64,000 bases of DNA from a virus (Duplodnaviria; Heunggongvirae; Uroviricota; Caudoviricetes): the IMG/VR virus record IMGVR_UViG_3300025765_000001; one strand, written 5' to 3'. Shown here piece by piece: positions 1-8,542 of the stretch (its first letter is position 1; every line of letters begins with the position of its first letter). The notes beneath the pieces were generated by a model, which worked only from the letters and a program-made list of their open reading frames with translations, searched no databases and was not told the origin of the DNA. Position numbers and translations under genes: made by a program.

Positions 1-23
1 CTCAAGTCAATTCCAACCTTTGA

Positions 24-740
24 GGGGTTGTCTTTAGCTCCTCGACCGAACTGATTGTCGAAATCCTGTTTGGCGAAGGCGGCGACGACTCAAAGCAGTT
101 CGTGCATGAGTTGTACAATGCCTATCGAAAGTACGCCGCCACTCACGGTATCGGCGTAGAACTTCTCACCGAAGATGATGGTCATGTGATAGCCAAGTTT
201 CGAGGCTACGGCGTCTGGAAGCGGTTCCAGCACGAGTCTGGGAAACACTGCGTACAGCGTATCCCGCACTTGGAGAAGAATGGTCGGAAGCAAACATCCA
301 TGATCTCTGTTGCTCTGCTGCCCCTCTTGCCAGAGCGGGTTTACCCGCCTCTCAAGGAAGATGATCTGGACATTAAGTTCCAGACGGGGCGACAGAAAGC
401 AGGAGGCCAGAATGCAAATAAGGTAGCTAGTGCCGTCCGTATGACGCACAGACCTACCGGGCTTCAGGTCTTCATCAATGGTCGAGATCAGGGAGCTAAC
501 AAGAAAGAGGCACTCCGAATCCTAACGGCCAAGGTTCACGACGGACTATACGCACAGCAGGATAAGGAGTATAGCGAGTTCCGCAAACGTCAGATCGACG
601 GCGGTGGTCGTGGGAATAAGATCAGAACCTACAACTTCCTCGAAAGTCGAGTTGTAGATCATCGACTTGAACTCAAGACCTCGCAAGTCAAGCGAGTCAT
701 GAACGGCGAACTCGATATTCTTTTTGACAGTCAGAAGTAA
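24..740 (+). CDS. prfA: Class I peptide chain release factor, RF1-like (N-terminus unresolved)
   Basis: GGQ motif (AGGQNANK), RF1-type QRIP...GR..TS segment and C-terminal IRTYNF..SRVVDHR. The frame is open from 24 and encodes ELIVEILFGEGGDDS upstream of the ORF-track GTG at 102. Confidence 0.85.
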   Translation, partial: GVVFSSSTELIVEILFGEGGDDSKQFVHELYNAYRKYAATHGIGVELLTEDDGHVIAKFRGYGVWKRFQHESGKHCVQRIPHLEKNGRKQTSMISVALLPLLPERVYPPLKEDDLDIKFQTGRQKAGGQNANKVASAVRMTHRPTGLQVFINGRDQGANKKEALRILTAKVHDGLYAQQDKEYSEFRKRQIDGGGRGNKIRTYNFLESRVVDHRLELKTSQVKRVMNGELDILFDSQK

Positions 741-745
741 GACCT

Positions 746-779
746 AGAAACCCCGGCGAAAGCCGGGGTTTCTTCTTTT
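746..779 (+). terminator. Intrinsic terminator after release factor
   Basis: AGAAACCCCGGC-GAAA-GCCGGGGTTTCT hairpin followed by a T-rich tract. Confidence 0.85.
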
Positions 780-1112
780 ATAGATGCTGGGACGCTACCA
801 CGGCTATCCACAACTGGTAGGTCTGGCTAACCGATACTCCGGTGCCATTGGCGGGCACGCTATGGAGTCAACTACAGGGCGATCTGGAGCTACAACAACA
901 CCGATTTCCTTGATTACTACGTCAGACAGAAGAAGTACGGCGTTGCAGTTCACGGCGATAACCATATTCTGGTGCATTGGGAACGTGACCATGTGCTTGT
1001 GATTGACAATGCTGGGCCGAATAAGCTCCAGCGAAGCGAAAGTTCATGAATTGGTGGAGTGGTAGGGCCTATGTCATCCTACCTCCAACTAAGCTAAGAC
1101 CAATCAGATAAC

Positions 1113-1141
1113 AAAAAGGCCCGCCGAAGGCGGGCCTTTTT
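1113..1141. terminator. Bidirectional intrinsic terminator
   Basis: AAAAAGGCCCGCC-GAA-GGCGGGCCTTTTT. Confidence 0.85.
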
Positions 1142-1173
1142 GATTTCTTGCCTTATTACCTTCGAGGGCAATT

Positions 1174-1431
1174 ATGAAAAAATTCAATGAATGGTTACAG
1201 GTACGAGAGGGAAACGCTAGACTAGTAATCCCTCCTTCCGAGCCAGACGACGGCAGTGCAGACCAAGAATTGGTTGCTAATTTTGCTAGGCTTGTTCAAC
1301 AACTTGGCTGGGACCATCCGAACGTAAAGCAAATGTACAAGTTCCAGATGGACACCAATTCACAAGTCATCAGACAGTTCCAACAAATCATTGCCGCCGC
1401 CCAGAAACCTAAGACGCAACAAACGCCGTAG
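1174..1431 (+). CDS. Small hypothetical phage protein (MKKFNEW..RE-type N-terminus); possible TAG readthrough to 1521
   Basis: GAGG RBS; N-terminus resembles small T4-like/giant-phage proteins; frame continues 29 sense codons past the TAG. Confidence 0.7.
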   Translation: MKKFNEWLQVREGNARLVIPPSEPDDGSADQELVANFARLVQQLGWDHPNVKQMYKFQMDTNSQVIRQFQQIIAAAQKPKTQQTP

Positions 1432-1504
1432 GTGAGCGACGAAGACATGGGCAACGCTTACGGTAAAAGCCTGGAACGCCAAGCAATGATCGCACGAGCC
1501 AGAG

Positions 1505-1894
1505 CTAAAGGCAAGGGGTAGCGTACACCTTAGCGGCGGTCCTGTCGATTGGTTGAACCACTAGACTGCGGGCGATAGCTCCCTGGGAGTTGAATTCTTC
1601 TTCCTCGAAAAGCCTCAGAGTCATCCCAGGGAAGTAGCCAGCGTTAATTAGCTTGCACTTCATTTTCGTTATTTGGTACTCACAGTATTGACGAATGCGG
1701 AATGGCTCGCCGTGATCTTCTGTCCTGTGGCATAGGTAATAGTAAAAATCAATGATTTGACAGTTCAACGAATCAAGGATGTGTTGTTCCGGCCAGACTT
1801 CCCAACGACGATAGACCATCTCGGCGGTGATCCAGCCGATGTGGTCGAGGACCGACTGATCGGGCAGCGGGCAGAACGGTTGATCCAGGCCCAT
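1505..1894 (-). CDS. Hypothetical protein
   Basis: 129-aa ORF between hairpins; start uncertain. Confidence 0.45.
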   Translation of the reverse strand: MGLDQPFCPLPDQSVLDHIGWITAEMVYRRWEVWPEQHILDSLNCQIIDFYYYLCHRTEDHGEPFRIRQYCEYQITKMKCKLINAGYFPGMTLRLFEEEEFNSQGAIARSLVVQPIDRTAAKVYATPCL

Positions 1895-1919
1895 CGTACT
1901 GTGATTGATGGATATAAAG

Positions 1920-1947
1920 GAACGGCCCGCCTTTCGGCGGGCCGTTC
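1920..1947. terminator. GC-rich terminator-like hairpin
   Basis: GAACGGCCCGCC-TTTC-GGCGGGCCGTTC, same stem family as 1113 and 21524. Confidence 0.65.
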
Positions 1948-2041
1948 TGTTTAATTGGTTGACTTTCCCTCAAGCAAGTGCGGAGGTTTGAAAATGGAGC
2001 AATAGGCAAGCTACTTGCTTTGGCCTCTCATGGAGGTTCAA

Positions 2042-2329
2042 ATGGACCCGTCCGTGCAGAAAAGCGGATTCGGCATCTCTGTCGTGACGTTCGGGCGTCA
2101 CATCCACGACACGTCTCAAACCGAAGAAGAACTGACGAAAGGCGGTTTGCTGTTGTTGGACTTCGGTAAGGTTGATTCGCTAAACAGCGAAGACATGGGT
2201 ATCATGATTTCGCTCCACAAGAGATTACGAGCGGATGGTAGTTGGCTCGTACTCTTCAACTTGTCGCCCATGATCTACGAGGTTTTTGAAGTCTGCCAGT
2301 TTCACAAATACCTTTCGATTTGTCACTGA
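2042..2329 (+). CDS. STAS-domain anti-sigma factor antagonist
   Basis: GGAGG RBS; LLLDFGKVDSLNS.DMGIMISLHKRL...LVLFNLSPMIYEVF pattern. Confidence 0.8.
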   Translation: MDPSVQKSGFGISVVTFGRHIHDTSQTEEELTKGGLLLLDFGKVDSLNSEDMGIMISLHKRLRADGSWLVLFNLSPMIYEVFEVCQFHKYLSICH

Positions 2330-2518
2330 TAACAGACCGGCTCGCTGGCGATAGCTATCAGTTGGTTGCCGATGTCAGGCTCGTGGAACGCATGGCATTT
2401 GACGCCGAGAGCGTTGAGCCGACGAGTGGCAGGCTTGGACGGCCTGCTGAGGGATAGATAAGTCCTTGCGGACCAGGATGTACACGTAAACGTATTCACC
2501 CTACACGAATCCAGACAT
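2323..2518 (-). pseudogene. Peptidyl-tRNA hydrolase 2-like remnant (internal deletion plus frameshift)
   Basis: YILVRKDLSIPQQAVQACH in one frame and LGVKCHAFHEPDIGNQLIAIASEPV in another, with the middle missing; an in-frame TAG at 2501-2503 follows ATG 2518. Confidence 0.65.
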
Positions 2519-2919
2519 TGTACTCTTCTTTTTGATAACAGGGGTTAAATGGCCGGTAGCGACCCGATTATCCCACGCACGGTTCGCCACGGACAACCCA
2601 AAGGAAGCACTGGCTCCTGCTTTACGCCCGTTAGCGTGCTACCCAGATATCTAGTAGAAGGGCGTGACCATTTTTCAGGTCAACTTTAAGTGCGGAGGCC
2701 ACTGGTACCTCCCTCACACACCCCGTCACCCGCCGCCTTACACCAGCTTCAGGCGACGGACCAATTTCCTATGGCGGTGGAAAGCGAGGATTTATTTCTT
2801 CGCCCGTTCAAACCCGGCTACGCAAGCCAGTAATCTAGTGCGGTTCTGATTTCGCCGGATCAACCGCCAAACAACCCGGCTGGCCTCGTAGTATGACTTT
2901 CCACCACGCCCATTGTAGT

Positions 2920-3513
2920 TCATTCTCGGTCTGTGTCAAGTTTTTTGATGGCTTTCAACTCGACTTCGATCTGCGGGCTTTTGGTGATTGCCGTCCGCAG
3001 GACGTACTTCTGCTGGTAAGTGTCGAAGTAGTAGCGGTCGTACTGGTTCTCGCACAGGCCCTCGGTCCAGGCTTCCTTGAGATGCTTGGCCCACATGCGA
3101 TGGGCAATGATCCCATCGACTTGAGTTGACTTCGGCGGCGGGCCGAAATCGACGCCATGAATGGCCTTGAGGTTCTGGCGTGCCGCCTGTCGAACGAGCG
3201 GGTGGTTGTCTCGTAGCGAGTCTGTGTAGACCAGCTTTAGTTTCTTCTTGCCCGCCACGTTCATCGCTGCCAGCCGAACCAGTGGCTCGTCGTGCTTGAA
3301 CAGCTTGGCGATTTGGTCTTCGTTGAGGGCCGAAACTTGCTTCTGGAGTTTCGTGTAGATCGGCAGGTTCTTGAGATCGATGTCTGGGCAATCCTCGCAC
3401 CAGCAGTGGCGGGTCTGTTCTGCGTCCAGGTAGGTGAAGACGCCAACAGCTTGAGGGCGAGCGACAGCGGGAAGGGCAAGGGCGGTGACGAACACCAACA
3501 AGATGTGTTTCAT
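2920..3513 (-). CDS. Secreted protein with HEAT-like repeats
   Basis: Signal-peptide-like N-terminus; D.HPLVR.AA repeats; AGGAG RBS. Confidence 0.7.
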   Translation of the reverse strand: MKHILLVFVTALALPAVARPQAVGVFTYLDAEQTRHCWCEDCPDIDLKNLPIYTKLQKQVSALNEDQIAKLFKHDEPLVRLAAMNVAGKKKLKLVYTDSLRDNHPLVRQAARQNLKAIHGVDFGPPPKSTQVDGIIAHRMWAKHLKEAWTEGLCENQYDRYYFDTYQQKYVLRTAITKSPQIEVELKAIKKLDTDRE

Positions 3514-3523
3514 GGGTTGCTCC

Positions 3524-3577
3524 TTTCGTAGTGACCCATTTCCATGCTAGTTTCGTAGTGACCCATTTCCATGCTAG
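3524..3577. repeat. Perfect 27-bp tandem duplication
   Basis: TTTCGTAGTGACCCATTTCCATGCTAG x2 (3524-3550, 3551-3577) in the 5' leader of the 3513 gene. Confidence 0.95.
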
Positions 3578-3605
3578 TCACAAGAATAATTCATGTAAAG
3601 CGACT

Positions 3606-3640
3606 AAAAACAGGGCCGGGGTTTTGAAGCCCCGGCCCTG
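3606..3640 (-). terminator. Intrinsic terminator for minus-strand tRNA(CUA) operon
   Basis: CAGGGCCGGGG...CCCCGGCCCTG hairpin with T5 tail on the minus strand. Confidence 0.8.
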
Positions 3641-3746
3641 GTGGGTGGTGGTAGTTAAGGTTTTCGCACGAGGACCACCACACCACAACCGATGACCCAG
3701 GGTTCGCCTAGGCCCAACTCCATAGTAGTGTGATCAAACCCCAATG

Positions 3747-3956
3747 TCAATCGATTTCGTAAGGGCCTTCGGGTTTTCGTTTTTCATCCGCTATCCAACG
3801 CCTTTCTTGTTCCTGACCCTCGACGTAAGCCATTCTCATCAAAATCTTTACGGCGGCTGGGTCGAAGGTCTTATCGTCTGGAAGGTTATTCTCAACCCAC
3901 CGATCTCGAATTCCATCTTTCAACATTTTACATTCCGAACAGGTATACTTCGTCAT
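3747..3956 (-). CDS. Hypothetical protein (CxxC)
   Basis: 69-aa ORF coupled to the upstream gene. Confidence 0.55.
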   Translation of the reverse strand: MTKYTCSECKMLKDGIRDRWVENNLPDDKTFDPAAVKILMRMAYVEGQEQERRWIADEKRKPEGPYEID

Positions 3957-4629
3957 CCCGCTTCAGTGCCGGGAAGTTGTCGAAGGCGGCGTTGAGCAGG
4001 CCCATCGCCTCCTCGAACGTGGCACAATAACCTTGTACCCCGTCTCGGCAGTGGTCCGCTGTCTCATCGAAGATCAGCGTAATCCAGGCCCCGCCGAACT
4101 TGCTTTGCGGATTGCCTTGGGGGTAGCGGTCTTGGAGCGTGAGCAGAACACGTCCGGCAGCCCCAGAGCAGGGCCTTGTATGTGTCGGCTTCGGCACTGT
4201 ACCCACGAGCCGGTAACTTGTGGTAGAAACCTTGTAGTTTGTTCTGGCCCGCTTGGTGATCTTCTCATTCTTCTCGGCGATCTTCAGCAACATGTCCCTG
4301 TTGGCGGTCCATGAGGCAGCGATCTCCGGGCGAATTCGATGCAGGCTGTCGTCGTTGTATTCTACTAAATGCAGATGTGCCATCATAGCTTCGGTGACGA
4401 GCCTTGACGACATCTCGCCCGTCGTCTTGTACTCGTGAATTCGCTCGTCCCGGTCGCAGGCCGGACAGATGACTTCCTTCCATCCCTGGCTGCCTGCGGC
4501 GTCTTGCGCTGTGCCGACGCCGATGCGTTGCCCACCGAAGTTCTCGAATGATGTTTTGCAGTGGGTATAATTCGTGGCGGCGTCCAGGTCGTAGACTTTT
4601 TCCACCACTTCCAGTTTCGATTCTGCCAT
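3928..4629 (-). CDS. Hypothetical protein
   Basis: 233-aa ORF starting 7 nt after the tRNA(CUA) 3' end. Confidence 0.65.
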   Translation of the reverse strand: MAESKLEVVEKVYDLDAATNYTHCKTSFENFGGQRIGVGTAQDAAGSQGWKEVICPACDRDERIHEYKTTGEMSSRLVTEAMMAHLHLVEYNDDSLHRIRPEIAASWTANRDMLLKIAEKNEKITKRARTNYKVSTTSYRLVGTVPKPTHTRPCSGAAGRVLLTLQDRYPQGNPQSKFGGAWITLIFDETADHCRDGVQGYCATFEEAMGLLNAAFDNFPALKRDDEVYLFGM

Positions 4630-4635
4630 GAGAAA

Positions 4636-4711
4636 TGCTCTCGGAGGGACTCGAACCCTCGACAGACATGGTTTTAGAGACCGCCGCTCTAACCAACTGA
4701 ACTACGAGAGC
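4636..4711 (-). tRNA. Amber suppressor tRNA, anticodon CUA (tRNA-Trp-like body)
   Basis: Cloverleaf GCTCTCG/CGAGAGC-A73; D-arm GTTC-AGTTGGTTA-GAGC; anticodon loop CT-CTA-AA (plus-strand TAG at 4675-4677); T-arm GAGGG-TTCGAGT-CCCTC; one C-A mismatch in the anticodon stem; CCA not encoded. Confidence 0.9.
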
Positions 4712-4725
4712 ATCGTCCTGGCGTC

Positions 4726-4754
4726 AGTATAGTGCGTTAGAACTCTTGCGTAAA
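4726..4754 (-). promoter_or_regulatory. Sigma70-type promoter driving tRNA(CUA)
   Basis: TTTACG-N17-TATACT just upstream of the tRNA 5' end. Confidence 0.75.
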
Positions 4755-4759
4755 GGCGA

Positions 4760-5827
4760 TTAACCGGCCTTGAGCGTGTAATCGAGGAACGACTGCTCCA
4801 TCTGGAACTGCGGGAAGCTTTGCACACTTTCTTTGCACGCATTGATGATGCGGTCACGCACCACTGGCGTATTTGCGAAGAACTGCTCGACGGCTGTTCG
4901 GTCGGTGTCGAGGTTCGTGACCCGCAAGCCGGACTCGGCGAACAAGGCCTCGTAAACGGCTCTAGGTTTAATGACACGAGCGTGAGGTTGTTCTATCTCA
5001 TAACCCATTTTCGCCAGTTCTTCTTCTGTGAACACCAACTGTATCCACGCCTTGTTAATTTTTTTGTATAGGTGGGCACCGTGCCTGCTGCACCAGGGAT
5101 GGCATCTAGCGAAAATCGTGCCTTCCGGTGCGAGGACCGTTTTGGTTTTCTTAAGCAGATCAACCGAAGATTTTCCCTTGATATGGTCCAGTACATCGAA
5201 GAGGATCACAACATTGTACGGGCCGTTTTTCACTACCTCGTCCCAAGATGTAGTCAACAGTTTGTTGCCGTCTAGTTTTTCCCACTCGAAATTCGTTTTC
5301 TCTGGCTTGTTCAAATCGTGACCAACTACCTTGTGATATCCCTTTTCGGCTGCCTTGACGACGAAGTGCCCCTCGCCACAGCCGATGTCCAAGACATTGA
5401 TTTCCCTGGTTTGCGGCAGGACGATCTCTATGATGCCTTCCGCTCTCTCGAATTTGTCGTTCTCCGATTCGTCATTTACAATCAGGTCTGGAGAGACGGC
5501 GTGCGGCCAGTTTTTGGAATTCAACAATGCCGTCAGTTTTTTTAGTTCTTCTTCCGGCGTGAGTACCTTCTGAGCCGCCACTTGGGGTGGTGGTTGGGGC
5601 AACGGTGCTGGCTCTGGTGGGGGCGACGGTGGAGTTTCGACCGCCACAAGTGGTGCTGGCGGTGTCATAGGAGGAACGGAACCGGCCACGGCCTCGCCCG
5701 TCATCTGCTTCAGAATCACAACTAGTTCTTCTAGATGTGGGATAAATTTTGCCAGCGATTCGATTTCTTTCTCCTTCTTGTTGATTCGATCTAGAACTGC
5801 CTGAAGTGTATTCGTTAGTTCGCTCAT
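4760..5827 (-). CDS. Class I SAM-dependent methyltransferase with coiled-coil and Pro-rich N-terminus
   Basis: VLDIGCGEGH motif I, FDVLDH; paralogous to 18260-19138; likely start MSELTN at 5827. Confidence 0.8.
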   Translation of the reverse strand: MSELTNTLQAVLDRINKKEKEIESLAKFIPHLEELVVILKQMTGEAVAGSVPPMTPPAPLVAVETPPSPPPEPAPLPQPPPQVAAQKVLTPEEELKKLTALLNSKNWPHAVSPDLIVNDESENDKFERAEGIIEIVLPQTREINVLDIGCGEGHFVVKAAEKGYHKVVGHDLNKPEKTNFEWEKLDGNKLLTTSWDEVVKNGPYNVVILFDVLDHIKGKSSVDLLKKTKTVLAPEGTIFARCHPWCSRHGAHLYKKINKAWIQLVFTEEELAKMGYEIEQPHARVIKPRAVYEALFAESGLRVTNLDTDRTAVEQFFANTPVVRDRIINACKESVQSFPQFQMEQSFLDYTLKAG

Positions 5828-5875
5828 GTGTTTTCCTCTATTCTGACAACCTACCAGAATAGAGAATACACAAAA

Positions 5876-5906
5876 CAAAAATGCCGTCCTTCGGACGGCA
5901 TTTTTG
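5876..5906. terminator. Bidirectional intrinsic terminator
   Basis: CAAAAATGCCGTCC-TTC-GGACGGCATTTTTG. Confidence 0.8.
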
Positions 5907-5910
5907 CGGC

Positions 5911-7428
5911 TCACGCCTCGATCTGCTTTCTGAGACGATCAACGATCTCGGCGATCTGTCTCAAGGCCAGTTTCTCGGCACCTGGGACTATGATAGCCTT
6001 GTCCAAGCTGCCGTAGTGATGTTCAAGACACTGGAGCAACAGAGCCTTGATCTTTTCCTCGTCCGGCGAGTGCTGGAGGGTGCTGTTAGCGTAAAGAACT
6101 TCTAGCTGATGTTCCTTCTCAGTGGCCCACCGACGAATCTCTTCCTCTGGTACGTTACCATGACGAATCTCTTTCAGATGTTCTCTGGCACGCTGAATGT
6201 CGATGTCGTGATGTACAAGAATCTGTTCCGCTTCATCCAATAGTCTAACAACATGATAGGCGAACTTCATGTCGAACCCGTACTGCTCACGAATCTCTTT
6301 TCGCTTGCCGTGCGGGTCTTTGGTTCGCATCTTGTGTAGCTGGCTGTAGGCGTAGCCCTTGAACTTGTGCCATGCCCCTTTGTGTAGAAACAGCTTCCGG
6401 TTTTCACGGACCATCTCCCCGATCTGCATGCAATGTAGAACGCAGAATCTAGGAGTGAAGAGGTAGGGTAAGCGGCCAGCGAGTTATCATCTTGCGACGG
6501 CACTTTTCCAACCGCTCCCCTCCGAACCGGACTTGATACTTTCATGTCATCCGGCTCTCCAGTTAATTCCTCAACGAAGTCTTTGCCATGTGGACGGCTT
6601 TCCCGTCCTCGGACTACTACGGAGGCTCCGTTGCCATAAGGGTCGCCCCTTTTAGGCAATCTCATGTTCCGTGCGTAATTGACGATAGGACTGCTACAGG
6701 TTCCCGACTCATGCCCTTTAGGTCGCAGATTCGACTCGCTCTCACAGGAACGTCGTTTCGGGATTCGACAACTCGCTCTTACAGAAACGTCGTTTCGGGA
6801 TTCGACACCCTTGACTCCCTATCGTGTGAGAAACCAGAAGTATAGTCATCGTATCTGGCCCGATGATTTGACGGGCTGGGCATTCGGGTTCAACCAGTGT
6901 AGGCTTAACCATGCAGTCCGGGCCTCGATGGGCAGACGGCTTGATGACTTTGCCGAATCCCGCCTTTTCAGACATGCTGTTTTTCCCTACGGCTTTCGCT
7001 TTTAGGTAGGTCTGATGGCCCAAGAAGTTCATTTGACGTTCTTCCTCTTCCCGTATTCTACGGGGATCAATGTCGATCATGTTCGGGTTGTTCTCCATAG
7101 CTAGGCTGAAATACTTGACAATAGAGAAAATCGAGAAGTCGTGAGACCTCCCTTTCCCGGCCAGATCGTCAGGATCAACTACGTGGTGTTCCTGCCACTG
7201 CTCGAACCTCTTCTTCTGCCTATCGAAACCCTCGATCTCGCCTGCGAGATGGGGAAATACCATCTCCTTCGGCGGGATGCAGAATCCATAGATGTCCATG
7301 TCGTTCGTGTCACTAGACATACCGTAAGCGACCGAACCCATCATGGTTTCGTAGTGAATGTTGTCCGAGAGCCAGTGCGGGGGCCTAATTAGGCCCTTTT
7401 CTTCGATGGTTCTTACAGTGCTTGGCAT
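5911..7428 (-). CDS. Pol-beta superfamily nucleotidyltransferase (RlaP/nrdC.11-like), split by a group II intron
   Basis: 5' exon has GS.AYG...DT.DMD and ends at NNPNMID (~7070); 3' exon from 6462 reads LFTPRFCVLHCMQIGEMVRENRKLFLHKG. Confidence 0.8.
6463..7070 (-). mobile_element. ORF-less group II intron (~0.6 kb)
   Basis: 34-nt domain V GAGCCGGATGACATGAAAGTATCAAGTCCGGTTC (6557-6524) with AGC triad; DVI ending CTTACCCTAC; DIII-like GGACGGGAAAGCCGTCC; no RT ORF; 5' end not GUGYG. Confidence 0.85.
6734..6807. repeat. 37-bp tandem duplication inside the intron
   Basis: ACTCGCTCT(C/T)ACAG(G/A)AACGTCGTTTCGGGATTCGACA x2 with 2 mismatches. Confidence 0.9.
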
Positions 7429-7527
7429 TATCGCCTCCCTTCCGGTTTAGCATAGACCCACCTGCGACCAGAAAGGTTTACAGGAGGTTAGGGAAATAAT
7501 TCGGTTTCGATTTTCGTAGATACTTTC

Positions 7528-7884
7528 ATGAAAAACCGGTATTACGCCCAAGTCCTGCGGGTCATTGACGGCGACACCTTCGAGGCTTTGGTTGACCTGG
7601 GCTTCGGCATTTCGCAGAAATTCAAGGTCCGACTCGACGGGATCGACACACCAGAGATCACGACTCATGCTGGCAAGAAGATCAGGGAATTCGTGCGTCA
7701 ACTGATAGAGGGCAAACAAGTCATCCTGATCGAAAGCGGCACCGAGAAATTCGGGCGTGCCTTGGCTAAAGTAGAACTGGCAGATGGACGTGATCTAACC
7801 AAGTTCCTAATAGAGCAAGACGTGGGTATAGAATACCACGGCGGGAAGAAGAAAACAACCGTTTGTTCTATGCTAGCAATATAG
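7528..7884 (+). CDS. Thermonuclease (SNase-like)
   Basis: RVIDGDT..A.VDLGF...VRLDGIDTPE...KFGRALA. Confidence 0.85.
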   Translation: MKNRYYAQVLRVIDGDTFEALVDLGFGISQKFKVRLDGIDTPEITTHAGKKIREFVRQLIEGKQVILIESGTEKFGRALAKVELADGRDLTKFLIEQDVGIEYHGGKKKTTVCSMLAI

Positions 7885-8491
7885 TTTCCTGTTGGTTCGA
7901 CTGGTTTTAGCTAAGAGACTATATCTTTCCTTATTCATGTAAGCGGCTAGATTTTTCGCCTGCTGTCCGGGGAGGGTATCGGGCCACGGTAGATACTCGA
8001 ACTCAAACCCGAAATGCGTAAGCATCATTTCCAGGGCGGTTATATTCGGTTTTCCAATCAGGGCGTGAGTGTCACCGTTCACCGAAGAATCATTCCTCGT
8101 GGTAGTCGGCTCCAGAGTCAGTTTTAGAATCGGAACGTTGTTGTCGTCCTTCCAGATCACGATATCTAGAAGAATGTGATATGGGTTGAGCCGTTTCCAC
8201 TCCCTTAGAAGCGTCCAGTGCTGCATACAGTGGTGGAAATAGCCAAGGCACATGATTACGTCGAAACGCTCCGCAGGGAACGTCTCAATTAACTCGTGGG
8301 CGTCTGCCTCGATAAACTCGTACTGGAGCGGGCTGATCCCGCATCGGTTCATGTTGTCGATAGACTGTGCTATAAGCTCTGCCCTCGGCTCGATGCCTAC
8401 CACTTTTGAGGCACCCGCCTCCAATGCGGCAAAGCTCCACCTGCCGTCGTGCGAACCGATGTCGAGTACGGTTCTGTTCCTGAATATCCAT
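7873..8491 (-). CDS. Class I SAM methyltransferase, N-terminus apparently truncated
   Basis: In-frame VLDIGSHDGRWSFAALEAGA upstream of the ORF-track start; no clear in-frame ATG. Confidence 0.6.
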
Positions 8492-8542
8492 TTTACCCGT
8501 CTTCGGAGCCGAAAGCCCCTACATCGTAGATGCTTGCTACTC

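Noticed and set aside
18-24. CTT TGA resembling the prfB +1 frameshift site
   Set aside because: It is followed by G rather than C, there is no upstream SD-like element, the +1 frame stops at 52-54, and the gene is RF1-like.
784-1049. Possible peptidase-like gene split over two frames
   Set aside because: Protein-like text, but the family cannot be recognised and no N-terminus is evident; treated as a probable fragment.
2501-2503. TAG near the start of the Pth2-like gene as readthrough evidence
   Set aside because: A downstream in-frame GTG could serve as start and the gene is otherwise broken, so it is weak evidence.
4600-4636. Theta/HDV-like ribozyme next to the suppressor tRNA
   Set aside because: The next ATG begins 7 nt after the tRNA 3' end, leaving no room for one.
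3524-6807. Tandem repeats (27 bp, 37 bp) as possible CRISPR arrays
   Set aside because: Only two adjacent copies each, with no spacers and no cas genes.
6742-7068. C-terminal half of the 228-aa ORF as a maturase remnant
   Set aside because: It is read-through into intron domain I RNA, with no RT or X-domain motifs.
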